From: Trueperaceae bacterium | GTDB taxonomy: Bacteria; Deinococcota; Deinococci; Deinococcales; Trueperaceae | Reading direction: 5' to 3' | Length of the DNA: 25,993 bases | NCBI GenBank assembly: GCA_035703635.1 | Contig: DASSXV010000013.1 | Location: 1 to 25,993, forward strand | Shown here: positions 1-8,261 of the stretch, one piece after another | Layout of the letters: each line of letters starts with the position of its first letter | How positions within the stretch are numbered: the first letter of the stretch is position 1 | The notes under the pieces: model-generated | Databases searched by the model: none | The model's input: the letters and a program-made list of their open reading frames with translations, nothing else | Told to the model about the DNA's origin: nothing | Position numbers and translations under genes: made by a program

Positions 1-1
1 A

Positions 2-31
2 AGGACGCGGCTTCAGTAGAAACCGCGTCCT
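2..31 (-). terminator. Stem-loop, probable intrinsic terminator downstream of tRNA-Met
   Basis: Minus strand reads AGGACGCGGTTTC-TACT-GAAGCCGCGTCCT, a 13-bp stem with one G-U pair, 5 nt after the tRNA CCA end. Any U tract would run off the window edge. Confidence 0.7.
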
Positions 32-36
32 GCACG

Positions 37-113
37 TGGTAGCGATGGACGGGATCGAACCGTCGACCTCACGATTATGAGTCGTGCGCTCTCACCGGCT
101 GAGCTACATCGCC
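37..113 (-). tRNA. tRNA-Met(CAT), non-initiator type (elongator Met most likely; Ile2/lysidine not fully excluded)
   Basis: Reverse complement GGCGATGTAGCTCAGCCGGTGAGAGCGCACGACTCATAATCGTGAGGTCGACGGTTCGATCCCGTCCATCGCTACCA: cloverleaf, anticodon arm CACGA-CTCATAA-TCGTG, TTCGA T-loop, encoded CCA. Lacks the C1:A72 mismatch and the three G-C pairs of initiator tRNA. Confidence 0.95.
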
Positions 114-173
114 TTGCATTCGCCAAGGAGTTCCCCGGCACACCAGCCGCGCCTCGCGCGACCGGACCTGCAG

Positions 174-179
174 ATTATA
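174..179 (-). promoter_or_regulatory. -10 box (TATAAT) for tRNA-Met
   Basis: Perfect TATAAT on the minus strand about 60 nt upstream of the mature tRNA 5' end, in otherwise GC-rich DNA. Confidence 0.6.
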
Positions 180-228
180 CCCGGCAGAGCGGAACGCGCC
201 AGCCCCACGCATGGGCCGGTGGCCGCCA

Positions 229-489
229 CTACGAACCTGAGTGAGCTCCAAGCAGTTCGCCGACCGTGCCGTGCCACCCACACGCATCGCATGTAGCTGG
301 AGTGTGCTCGTCCCAGCCGCTATCGCCGATCTGCTCGGCGATCACTTCGAGGTCCTGCGCCGTGATGGCGTAATGCACGTGGTACTTCACCTCGACAGAG
401 GTGTCGATGCGCACGACTGGCGCAGCGCAGGCTGGGCACAGTGGCGCAGGTGGGTTCGAGTCGTGAGGGAGTCGCGTAGCTGGCGTCAC
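229..489 (-). CDS. Small hypothetical zinc-ribbon protein (86 aa)
   Basis: Two CxxC knuckles (CPAC and CDACGW) separated by a beta-rich segment. Fills the gap between two tRNA genes in the same orientation. GTG start. Confidence 0.7.
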   Translation of the reverse strand: MTPATRLPHDSNPPAPLCPACAAPVVRIDTSVEVKYHVHYAITAQDLEVIAEQIGDSGWDEHTPATCDACGWHGTVGELLGAHSGS

Positions 490-499
490 ACCGCTCGCA

Positions 500-533
500 G
501 TTTTACCGCCTTAAGTCTTACGGCGGTCTTACG
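500..533. repeat. Short direct repeats plus inverted repeat upstream of the zinc-ribbon ORF (possible operator)
   Basis: GTCTTACG at 515-522 and 526-533 (11-bp period), degenerate GTTTTACC at 500-507, inverted ACCGCC (505-510) / GGCGGT (522-527). Confidence 0.4.
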
Positions 534-554
534 CTTCACATGAGCCAGAGGTTG

Positions 555-640
555 TGGTGCCGGAAGCGGGGCTCGAACCCGCACGCCCTCTCGGGCAGCA
601 GATTTTAAGTCTGCAGCGTCTACCGTTCCGCCATTCCGGC
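555..640 (-). tRNA. tRNA-Leu(TAA)
   Basis: Reverse complement GCCGGAATGGCGGAACGGTAGACGCTGCAGACTTAAAATCTGCTGCCCGAGAGGGCGTGCGGGTTCGAGCCCCGCTTCCGGCACCA: anticodon arm GCAGA-CTTAAAA-TCTGC, long variable arm, encoded CCA. Confidence 0.96.
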
Positions 641-682
641 CGACCACCCACGCGCACTCCTCGCCTGAAGAGCAGCCCCGCA

Positions 683-688
683 AGTGTA
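683..688 (-). promoter_or_regulatory. -10 box (TACACT) for tRNA-Leu
   Basis: TANNNT hexamer about 42 nt upstream of the tRNA 5' end, just after the glpK stop. Confidence 0.45.
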
Positions 689-698
689 ACCAGCCGGG

Positions 699-2204
699 CT
701 ACTCTTCGTCTTCAGCCCAACGCCGCGAGCGCTCGACGGCCAGCTCCCAGCGGTCCAGCATGGCCGTGCGTTGCGCGTCCGTCGAGCGCGGCTCGAAGCG
801 GGCACCGGCACGCCAGTTCTCGGCCACCGTGGCGCGGTCAGGCCACACGCCTACGGCTAGTCCGGCCAGGTACGCCGCGCCGAGCGCGGTCGTCTCGCTC
901 TGTTCCGAACGGACGACGGTGACCCCAGAGATATCGGCCTGGAGTTGCATGAGGGTGTCGCTTCGTGAGGCGCCGCCGTCGACGCGCAACTCGGAGAGCG
1001 GCACGCTGGAGGAGGCCTGCATGGTGCGCAGCACGTCAGCTACTTGCAGCGCGACGCCTTCGAGTGCGGCCCTTGCGATGTGGGCCGCGGTCGTCCCACG
1101 GTCGATCCCTAGGAGTGTGCCACGTGCGCGCGGGTCCCAGTGCGGGGCGCCTAGGCCCGTGAGGGCCGGCACGAAGACTACGCCGCCCGCATCTGGCACG
1201 CTGGCGGCCAGCGGGCCGACGTCCGCGGCGTTCTTAATGATGCCTAGGCCGTCGCGCAGCCACTGAACGACCGCGCCCGCCATGAAGATGCTCCCCTCGA
1301 CCGCATACTCGAGCGGCCCACTTTGCTGCCACGCAACGGTGGTGAGCAGGCGGTCGGTCGGAGGTTGCGGCTTTAGTCCAGTGTTCAACATGAGGAAGGC
1401 GCCTGTGCCGTATGTGGCCTTGACTTGGCCCGGGTTGAAGCATGCCTGGCCGAAGGTAGCCGCCTGCTGGTCCCCGACGAGCGCGGCGATCGGCAAACCG
1501 TGAAGGGGCCCCGGCGTTGCCTGACCGACTACCTGAGAGGAGGCAACGACATCGGGGAGGATGGCGGCAGGCACGCGGAAGAGCTCAAGCAGCTCGCTGT
1601 CCCACGCGCCGTTGTGGATGTTGAAGAGTAGTGTCCGCGAGGCGTTCGAGACGTCCGTTACGTGCGCGGCGCCGCCGGTCAGCTTCGCGGTAAGCCAGGT
1701 GTCCACCGTCCCGAACGCCAGCTCGCCAGCCTCGGCGCGGTCACGGGCGCCCGCGACGTTGTCCAGGAGCCACGCTATCTTGGTGGCGGAGAAGTACGGG
1801 TCGAGTAGGAGCCCCGTCTTGGAGCGCACCAGCTCCTCGACGCCTGCTGCTCGGAGCACGTCCGTGGCCGCGGCCGTCCGGCGGTCTTGCCACACGATGG
1901 CGTTCGCTAGCGGCGCGAGCGTCTTGCGGTCGTAGATGACGGTGGTCTCGCGTTGATTGGTGATCCCGATGGCGCTTACGGCGCTCGCTTCCACGCCCGC
2001 CCTGGCGAGAGCCTCGCTGGCTACTCCGACCTGGCTCGACCACAGGTCGGTCGCGTCATGCTCCACCCAGCCTGGGCGTGGGTAGTGTTGCGCGAACTCC
2101 TTTTGGGCCGAAGCGACTTGCTGGCCTTCAAGGTCGAAGAGCAGCGCACGCGAACTCGTCGTGCCCTGGTCGAGGGCGAGGACGTAGCGGCGTTTAGTCG
2201 CCAT
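699..2204 (-). CDS. glpK: Glycerol kinase
   Basis: Motifs [77 protein letters not shown]; 501 aa. Confidence 0.97.
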   Translation of the reverse strand: MATKRRYVLALDQGTTSSRALLFDLEGQQVASAQKEFAQHYPRPGWVEHDATDLWSSQVGVASEALARAGVEASAVSAIGITNQRETTVIYDRKTLAPLANAIVWQDRRTAAATDVLRAAGVEELVRSKTGLLLDPYFSATKIAWLLDNVAGARDRAEAGELAFGTVDTWLTAKLTGGAAHVTDVSNASRTLLFNIHNGAWDSELLELFRVPAAILPDVVASSQVVGQATPGPLHGLPIAALVGDQQAATFGQACFNPGQVKATYGTGAFLMLNTGLKPQPPTDRLLTTVAWQQSGPLEYAVEGSIFMAGAVVQWLRDGLGIIKNAADVGPLAASVPDAGGVVFVPALTGLGAPHWDPRARGTLLGIDRGTTAAHIARAALEGVALQVADVLRTMQASSSVPLSELRVDGGASRSDTLMQLQADISGVTVVRSEQSETTALGAAYLAGLAVGVWPDRATVAENWRAGARFEPRSTDAQRTAMLDRWELAVERSRRWAEDEE

Positions 2205-2206
2205 GA

Positions 2207-2674
2207 CTACAGGGTTACGCGCTCAGCCGGTACGACCCGCAGTCGAGCGTACTCGCGCTCACCCCGCAGCAACCTCGTCAGTACTTGCGGGTCTCGCGGG
2301 AGGATCAACCCGCGGCCCCTCACCGAGCTCTGGAAGCGGCCAACGCGGTACGCCTCCAGGAACTGCTTCGTGGTGCGGCTAAGCGGCACGTCGCGGACGG
2401 AGAAGAACTGCAACGTGACGCTCCGTAGCGCCTTGAACGCATGAAGCGCGATGGACGACTCGCCGTGGACCAGTGCGGCGCTGTGCCCGTCCTCACCGTG
2501 GTCGACTATCACGACCGTGCCTGGCAATGCCTCGACGTTCTCGCCCTCGACAGTAGCGATCAAGTCGGCGACCACGCGCCGCGCAACCGCGACGTCTCCG
2601 AGCGCGCCGTGATCGGCAGACGCCCCGTCGAGGCAGATGAGGGTGCCGAAGCCTAGGGCGTCATGAGCGTACAT
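2207..2674 (-). CDS. S-adenosylmethionine decarboxylase (SpeD/SpeH, pyruvoyl-dependent) family homologue, divergent active site
   Basis: [18 protein letters not shown] aligns without gaps to the class 1B AdoMetDC GVSGVVVISE-SHLTIHTW motif. N-terminal GFGxLxxDG and C-terminal RG...GEREY resemble Thermus-type SpeD. FTC/FSC motif is FSV here. Confidence 0.7.
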   Translation of the reverse strand: MYAHDALGFGTLICLDGASADHGALGDVAVARRVVADLIATVEGENVEALPGTVVIVDHGEDGHSAALVHGESSIALHAFKALRSVTLQFFSVRDVPLSRTTKQFLEAYRVGRFQSSVRGRGLILPRDPQVLTRLLRGEREYARLRVVPAERVTL

Positions 2675-2680
2675 GCGCTG

Positions 2681-2689
2681 ACATTACCA
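2681..2689 (-). promoter_or_regulatory. Extended -10 promoter giving a leaderless mRNA for the SpeD-like/glpK pair
   Basis: Minus strand TGG-TAATGT-cagcgc-ATG: -10 box 6 nt before the start codon, no Shine-Dalgarno. Confidence 0.6.
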
Positions 2690-2700
2690 CCACGCCGAGC

Positions 2701-4029
2701 TCACCCCTTCACCCCTCCAGCCGTGAACTGCCCCGTCAGCGCGTTCTGGAAGGAGTAGAAGATGACCAGGATCGGGAGGCTACCGAGCACGGCCGCGGCC
2801 GCCATCGCGCCCCACTGGGTCGCGAACTGGTTCGTCGAGAAGTTGCGCAGGCCAACGCCGACCGTCCACAAGTCCTGACCGACGAGGATGGTGTTGGCGA
2901 GGATGAACTCGGAGTACGTGCCGATGAACTGCTGCAAGAAGATGAAGAGTAGCATCGGCACGCTGATGGGCAGGATGATGCGCCAGAACGAGCCCCAGCG
3001 CGTTGCGCCGTCTACCATCGCCGCCTCTTCGAGGCTGGTGCTTAGCGAGTCCAGGTACCCCTTGAAGATCCACGACGAGAACGCGATGGCGCCACCCGAG
3101 TAGGCGAGGATCAGGCCCGTGAACGTGTTGAGCAGGTCGAGGCGGCTCATCAAGTAGAAGATGGCGACGAGCGCCATGAACGTTGGGAACATCTGCACGA
3201 ACACGAATCCGAGCAGCGTGCCGTAGCGCCCTTCGAACTTCAGGCGCGAGAAGGCGTAACCCGCCGTCGTGGAGAGGAGGACGGCCATGATGCCCGTGAC
3301 GCCCGAAACCAGGAGCGTGTTACGGATGTAGAGCGGCACCATGCCGCCGATGCTGGCCGGGAGGCGCGCGCCGTCGCTTGCCCTCGTCCCGAAGAACTGC
3401 CCAGGCTGAACGCTGAAGATGAGCGCGGCCGCAGCGCCGAAGATGGTCCAGCCGGCGTAGCCGCGTAGCTGCTCCGCTCTGGCTGGCGTGAAACCGACAC
3501 GGTGCAGCGTGAAGGTGGCCACGAGCACGACTACCGCCGCCAGCATCACGCCGGCCAGCAACCACTGGTACCAGTAGACATGCGTTTCCGCGAGGATCTT
3601 CTGGAACTGCACGAGCGAGAAGTCGGCGGGGTTGGGGATCACGCCGGCGCGCACGAGGAGGTTGCCTGCGCGCGGCAGCGCGCCCGCGAGCGTGTCGTTG
3701 CGGTTGAGCGATACGGCAACCAGGTACGCGACCGGGTAGAAGACGGCGAGGATGACGAGCCACATGAAGATGTGCGTGCCCGCCGTAACAGCGTAACGAG
3801 CGGCCCGCATCGGGCGGGTTGCTAGGCCGTAAAGGTACGCGATGCCGCTGATGCCGCCGATGGCGAGGACGAACGCCGCGAGGAAGCGCTTCCAGGCGCC
3901 AGGCACGACGAGCATGCGGTCGCGGGTGATGGCTTCCGGGGCGGTGGCGAACAGGGCGAAGATCGCCACGCCGACGAGCAGCGCGACGGCCGCCATGCTG
4001 GCGAAATGGATGGTTCTGCCCTTGGTCAT
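2701..4029 (-). CDS. malG: Sugar (maltose/maltodextrin-type) ABC transporter permease, MalG-like, 442 aa
   Basis: EAA motif (SLEEAAMVDGATRWGSFWRIILP), AGYAFSRLKFEGR, QMFP, WGAMAAAAVL. Start moved to ATG 4029 (MTKGRT), which overlaps the malF stop as ATGA. Confidence 0.9.
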   Translation of the reverse strand: MTKGRTIHFASMAAVALLVGVAIFALFATAPEAITRDRMLVVPGAWKRFLAAFVLAIGGISGIAYLYGLATRPMRAARYAVTAGTHIFMWLVILAVFYPVAYLVAVSLNRNDTLAGALPRAGNLLVRAGVIPNPADFSLVQFQKILAETHVYWYQWLLAGVMLAAVVVLVATFTLHRVGFTPARAEQLRGYAGWTIFGAAAALIFSVQPGQFFGTRASDGARLPASIGGMVPLYIRNTLLVSGVTGIMAVLLSTTAGYAFSRLKFEGRYGTLLGFVFVQMFPTFMALVAIFYLMSRLDLLNTFTGLILAYSGGAIAFSSWIFKGYLDSLSTSLEEAAMVDGATRWGSFWRIILPISVPMLLFIFLQQFIGTYSEFILANTILVGQDLWTVGVGLRNFSTNQFATQWGAMAAAAVLGSLPILVIFYSFQNALTGQFTAGGVKG

Positions 4030-5639
4030 GCGCCCGCCCCTTCCTCTTTGAGTGCGCCCGTCACCCTGAAGTTCATGAGGCTGACCGCTAGGGTGATGAT
4101 GAAGATGAGCAGCGAGATGGCGGACCCGAGCCCGTACGCGTAACCTCCTTGGCTGCGGAACGCCTCGTTGTAGGCCCAACTGATGAGGATGTCGGTGCCG
4201 CGCGCCGTTGCGGTACCCCAGCTCACGGGCGGACCGCCGTCCGTGAGCAGGAAGATGACGTTGAAGTTGTTGAAGTTGAACGCGAAGCTGCTGAGGGTGA
4301 TCGGGATGAGCGCCGCCCGCAGCAGTGGCCCTGTCACGTTCCAGAAACCCTGCCAGATGTTGGCGCCGTCGATGCGCGCGGCCTCATAGATCTCGTCAGG
4401 TATGGCAGAGAGGGCGCCGAGGGTAGCCGTCATGATGAACGGCAGCCCGAGCCACAAGTTGACGATCAGGATGGCCGCCCTGGCCGCGGTCGGGTCGCCG
4501 AGCAGCCAGTTGATGGGCTCTGGAGTGATGTCTAGCAGCGCAAGCACGCGGTTGATCGAACCGAAGTTCTGGTTGAGGAACCCGCGCCAGACCTGGATGG
4601 TGATGACGCTCGGCAACGCCCACGGCACGATGAGGAGGGTGCGGTAGAGGTTGCGCAGGCGCAACCCCTTGTTGTTGAGCAGCACGGCCAGTAGCACGCC
4701 GACTGCGGTGTTGAGCAGCACGGTGATGAACCCGAAGGAGATGTTCCACAAGAAGACCGGGAAGAGCGCCTTCGGCGCGTTGTCCCAAACGCGCTTGAAG
4801 TTGCGCATGCCGACGAAGCCGAAGTCGTTGTAGCGCGCTAGCGCCGTGGCCTCCGTGCCCTCCGGCAGCGGTTCGTCGAGCACGAGCACTGCGCCCTCCT
4901 CCGCGACGATGGTGCGTTGGATGGAGGCGCGGTCGAGTTCGACACGCACGTCGCTGAGGTCAGGCGGGAACGGCGGTGCCCGCTCCAGATCCAGCACGTT
5001 GCCATCGACCGACAACACGCGGATCGTGACGGCGAACCCCAGATCGGGCAGGTCGAGCTCGACTGCGGTCACCGTGCGGCCAGCGGGTGGCGGTTCGCTT
5101 AGTACCAGCTTGGTGCCGTCAAGCGCTTCTGCGACCACCACGTCGGCGGCGGAGGCGTAGATGACGGCGCGCACGCCGTTGCAGCCGTCGCGGAGGTTCT
5201 TGCAGTCGAGCGTGGCGGGGTTGTCGATGGTCACGCGGGTGCCGTCGACCGCCACGATGCCAGTCTCGCTGCTGATGTTCAGCTCGCCGTTCCTGATGCC
5301 TGCGTAGTCGGTGAAGGCGAGGAACACCGTGAGGACGACGGGGAAGATGGTGAAGGTGAGCAGGAAGACGATGGCGGGTAGCAAGTAGTACCACGGCATC
5401 AACCACGAGAAGCGCCTCGCCATGTAGCGCAACTCGATGATGAGGGCGATGACCGCGGCGGGAATGCCGATGTAGGTTGGGGCGCTTGGCGCAATCAAAC
5501 GAACGAGATAAGTGAGGCCCGCGCCAACGGCGACGGCTAGAAAGAGAGCTAACGTTAGCAGCGCAAGAGACTTGACGAGCCCGCCTGCCGCGGTCCTGCT
5601 GCGGGGGAGGAAGTCTTTGGGTGAGCGCGAGATATCTAT
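4026..5639 (-). CDS. malF: Sugar (maltose/maltodextrin-type) ABC transporter permease, MalF-like, with large extracytoplasmic insertion; start uncertain (ATA 5639 proposed, first canonical start TTG 5498)
   Basis: EAA motif (IYEAARIDGANIWQGFWNVT), YRTLLIVPWALP, FAFNFNNF, TDILISWAY. Frame stays open upstream of 5498 to a TAA at 5706-5708 and encodes an additional hydrophobic helix. Confidence 0.9.
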   Translation of the reverse strand: MDISRSPKDFLPRSRTAAGGLVKSLALLTLALFLAVAVGAGLTYLVRLIAPSAPTYIGIPAAVIALIIELRYMARRFSWLMPWYYLLPAIVFLLTFTIFPVVLTVFLAFTDYAGIRNGELNISSETGIVAVDGTRVTIDNPATLDCKNLRDGCNGVRAVIYASAADVVVAEALDGTKLVLSEPPPAGRTVTAVELDLPDLGFAVTIRVLSVDGNVLDLERAPPFPPDLSDVRVELDRASIQRTIVAEEGAVLVLDEPLPEGTEATALARYNDFGFVGMRNFKRVWDNAPKALFPVFLWNISFGFITVLLNTAVGVLLAVLLNNKGLRLRNLYRTLLIVPWALPSVITIQVWRGFLNQNFGSINRVLALLDITPEPINWLLGDPTAARAAILIVNLWLGLPFIMTATLGALSAIPDEIYEAARIDGANIWQGFWNVTGPLLRAALIPITLSSFAFNFNNFNVIFLLTDGGPPVSWGTATARGTDILISWAYNEAFRSQGGYAYGLGSAISLLIFIITLAVSLMNFRVTGALKEEGAGA

Positions 5640-5659
5640 GTCAACAACCCCCTGTGAGA

Positions 5660-5690
5660 GCGGCCAGGGGCAACTCGTGCCCCTGGCCGC
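5660..5690 (-). promoter_or_regulatory. Perfect 12-bp stem-loop between malE and malF (probable mRNA-stabilising or partial-termination element)
   Basis: GCGGCCAGGGGC (5660-5671) / GCCCCTGGCCGC (5679-5690), 7-nt loop, no U tract. Such hairpins after substrate-binding protein genes are common in ABC operons. Confidence 0.7.
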
Positions 5691-5715
5691 GCGAACTACT
5701 CGGACTTACCGAGAC

Positions 5716-6903
5716 TCACTGGCCTTTGATCTCGTCGACTGCCTGTTGCAGGACGGCGGCGGGGGAGGCGTTGGCATCCTCCGTCAGCACCGTGAGGGCG
5801 TTGCCCATCGGCGACCAGACGGCGCCCATCTCGGGGATGTTGGGCATCGGCTCGGCGTGCACGAGCGCGGCACCGAAACCAGCGATGATCGGGTCTGACT
5901 TGACGGCCTCGAGCGCGGAGATCGACGCGGGGATGCGGCCGGAGAGCTGCGCCATGGACACTTGCGCGTCCTTGCGCGAGAGCCACTTGGCGAAGTTGGC
6001 CGCCTCGACCTTGAGCGGCGTGAAGGCGTTGACGAGCGCGCCTTGCACACCCATGAAGCCGGAGAACGGCGAGCCGTCGGCTAGCGGCGGGACGGGGTGA
6101 ACGCTGACGTTCAGGCCTGCGTCCTGGTACTGGCTGATGGCCCACGGGCCCGTGTAGATCATGGCGAGGGCGCCGTCTACGAACAGGCCGTTGGCGACGT
6201 CGTAGTTGGTGCCAGACGGGATGAGCCCCAGGTCGAAGCGCAGCGCCTTGAGCGCCTCGCCGCCGCGGATGGCGCCTTCGTTGGCGAGGCCGATGTCAGA
6301 CGGGTTGAGGGCGCCGCTGGCGTCACGGCCGAAGACGTAACCGCCTTCGCTGTGGAGCCACGCGTAGCTGAAGTAGAAGTTGGCGATGTCGAACATGAAG
6401 CCGAAGGTGTCGGCGGTGGTGAGCTCCTTGGCCAGCGCCATCGTCTCGTCGTAGTTGGCTGGCAGCGCGGAAACGAGATCGTCATTGACGATGAGCGCCG
6501 GGCCCTCGACGTACATGGGGAGACCGAAGAGCTTGCCGGCGTACGAGTAACCCAGGCGCGCCTGCTCGCTAAGGTCGGCGAGGTAGGCGCTCGTGGCGTA
6601 ACCACTCATGTCGAGCAGGACGCCGCCCACTGCCATCTCGCCGATCTGGTCGTGCGGAACGCCAGTGAACACGTCGCCCGCTTCGCCTTGTGGCGCGGCG
6701 AGGAGGGCCTGCTGCTTGAGTTCGTTGACGTCGAGGCGCACGATCTCGATATCGACACCGAAAGCGGACGTGAAGCTGGCGGCTTCGGAGCGCAGCCAGT
6801 CGAGAGTCTGGTCTTGCCAGGTGGTCCACACCTTCAGGGTCTGGGCGTTGGCGACACTCGCGGTTGCCACCAGCACGCCTAGTAGAATCAGGAACTTCTT
6901 CAC
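5716..6903 (-). CDS. malE: Maltose/maltodextrin ABC transporter substrate-binding protein, MalE-like
   Basis: Sec signal peptide MKKFLILLGVLVATASVANA, PHDQIG, YTGPWA, PMPNIPEMGAVWSPM. AAAGGAG RBS before the GTG start. Confidence 0.9.
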   Translation of the reverse strand: MKKFLILLGVLVATASVANAQTLKVWTTWQDQTLDWLRSEAASFTSAFGVDIEIVRLDVNELKQQALLAAPQGEAGDVFTGVPHDQIGEMAVGGVLLDMSGYATSAYLADLSEQARLGYSYAGKLFGLPMYVEGPALIVNDDLVSALPANYDETMALAKELTTADTFGFMFDIANFYFSYAWLHSEGGYVFGRDASGALNPSDIGLANEGAIRGGEALKALRFDLGLIPSGTNYDVANGLFVDGALAMIYTGPWAISQYQDAGLNVSVHPVPPLADGSPFSGFMGVQGALVNAFTPLKVEAANFAKWLSRKDAQVSMAQLSGRIPASISALEAVKSDPIIAGFGAALVHAEPMPNIPEMGAVWSPMGNALTVLTEDANASPAAVLQQAVDEIKGQ

Positions 6904-7042
6904 TACGTGTTACTCCTTTCGGCCTTGCGACCGGGCGTAGGGCTCGACGAGCTTCCCCCGTTGTTAGCTCTACGCGCTACCAGACCAGAATAGCTACATG
7001 AGCGCCCACTGTCCACGTGCCAAGTCTTCCGCCCGGTTTCCA

Positions 7043-8209
7043 CTATGACCGCCAACGGAAATGGCCGTTAGCGGTGCGCGACACCCGCCCGTCCAACTCG
7101 AGGAGTGCGAGCGCCGCCATGAGCTCGGGAGGCTGCATGCCGCTGGCGCGCGCGAGCTTGTCGAGTGACGCGCTGGCGCCCTGGGCGAGGGTTCGCCGCA
7201 AGATCTCCTCGAGCGCCAGGGCGGGCGTGCTCCTAGTGGCATCGGTCTCCACGCCGCTATACGCCGGTTCCGGCGGCGGCTCCAGGTCGGAGAAGTGGCG
7301 CAGCAGGTCTGAGGCCTCGACCAGCAGCTCGGCGCCTTCGCGCAGGAGCTGCAGACCGCCGAGGTTACGCGCCTCGTTCGGCCGGCTTGGCACGCTCAAG
7401 ACTTGCCTGCCCAGGTTAGCGGCGTGAGTGGCGGTGTTCAGCGCCCCTGACGGCACCCCGGCTTCCACGACGGCCACTACGCGCGAGAGGCCAACGATGA
7501 CGCGGTTCCGGCGCAGAAAGTGATAAGGCTGCGGGTTGACGTGGGGTGGCCACTCCGAGATGACGGCGCCGCCCTGACGAACGATGCGCTCGGCAAGGCC
7601 ACGGTTGGCCGCCGGATGTAGGCGCGCGTGGCCACCGCCGAGCACCGCCACGGTGGCGCCAGGCAGGCCGGCTTCGAGCGCACCCTCGTGGGCGGCGGCG
7701 TCTACTCCAAGCGCCAACCCGCTCACGACAGTGACGCCGTGGCGCCCCGCCGCCCTGCCAAGATCGCGTGCGAAGTCAAGCGCGAAGCTGGAAGCACGCC
7801 GCGTGCCGACGATGGCGCAGGCGGCAAGCTCTCCTCCCGGCGTGAGGACTTGCTCCGGGAGCTCACCCTCGATGAACAGCACGGGCGCGCACCCGCTCTC
7901 GTCGGCCGCCAGCGCCGCTGGGTAGGCCTCGTCCTCCCAGCACAGCACCGTCAGGCCGAGCGCCACGGCCTCGGCGACGGCGCGACGCGCGGCGGGCAGA
8001 GCACTGGCTACCACCTGCTCGATGCCCGCCAGGATGCCGCGGAACACGTCTGGCTCGGGCAGTTCGTCGCTGTGGCACCCGCCCGTCAGCACCTGTTCGA
8101 GGCTGCCACACGCGTTGACTAGGCGCCTCAGCCGCGTGAGACCAAGCTCAGGGGTAGCGAGAGCCGCGAGGTAATGAGCCGCAAGTGACATGCCCCCAGC
8201 CTCGGTCAT
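7043..8209 (-). CDS. dprA: DNA-processing protein A (DprA/Smf)
   Basis: AIVGTRRAS, VVSGLALGVDAAAHEGAL, FLRRNRVIVGLS, VVEAGVPSGALNTA, C-terminal winged helix (LLELDGRV). Alternative start at ATG 8191. Confidence 0.95.
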   Translation of the reverse strand: MTEAGGMSLAAHYLAALATPELGLTRLRRLVNACGSLEQVLTGGCHSDELPEPDVFRGILAGIEQVVASALPAARRAVAEAVALGLTVLCWEDEAYPAALAADESGCAPVLFIEGELPEQVLTPGGELAACAIVGTRRASSFALDFARDLGRAAGRHGVTVVSGLALGVDAAAHEGALEAGLPGATVAVLGGGHARLHPAANRGLAERIVRQGGAVISEWPPHVNPQPYHFLRRNRVIVGLSRVVAVVEAGVPSGALNTATHAANLGRQVLSVPSRPNEARNLGGLQLLREGAELLVEASDLLRHFSDLEPPPEPAYSGVETDATRSTPALALEEILRRTLAQGASASLDKLARASGMQPPELMAALALLELDGRVSRTANGHFRWRS

Positions 8210-8243
8210 AGACCGGTGGCCGAGGGCAGGGAAGTTGGCTACT

Positions 8244-8260
8244 GCCTAGAGTGTCTAGGC
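8244..8260 (-). terminator. Small hairpin immediately after the cysS stop
   Basis: GCCTAGA-GTG-TCTAGGC, 7-bp stem, no U tract, so read-through into dprA is plausible. Confidence 0.35.
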
Positions 8261-8261
8261 C

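Noticed and set aside
452-462. GGGTTCGAGTC on the plus strand resembles a tRNA T-loop or att remnant
   Set aside because: Flanks do not form a T stem or cloverleaf, it is opposite in orientation to the tRNAs, and it lies inside the zinc-ribbon ORF.
37-640. Integrated element at the tRNA genes
   Set aside because: No integrase, transposase or duplicated tRNA 3' end is visible in the window.
4030-4179. N-terminal extension of malG in the ORF track
   Set aside because: It overlaps the malF 3' end out of frame; the ATGA overlap at 4026-4029 gives a better start.
5639-5644. Perfect TTGACA (-35 consensus) on the minus strand at the malF start
   Set aside because: No TANNNT box 16-18 nt downstream.
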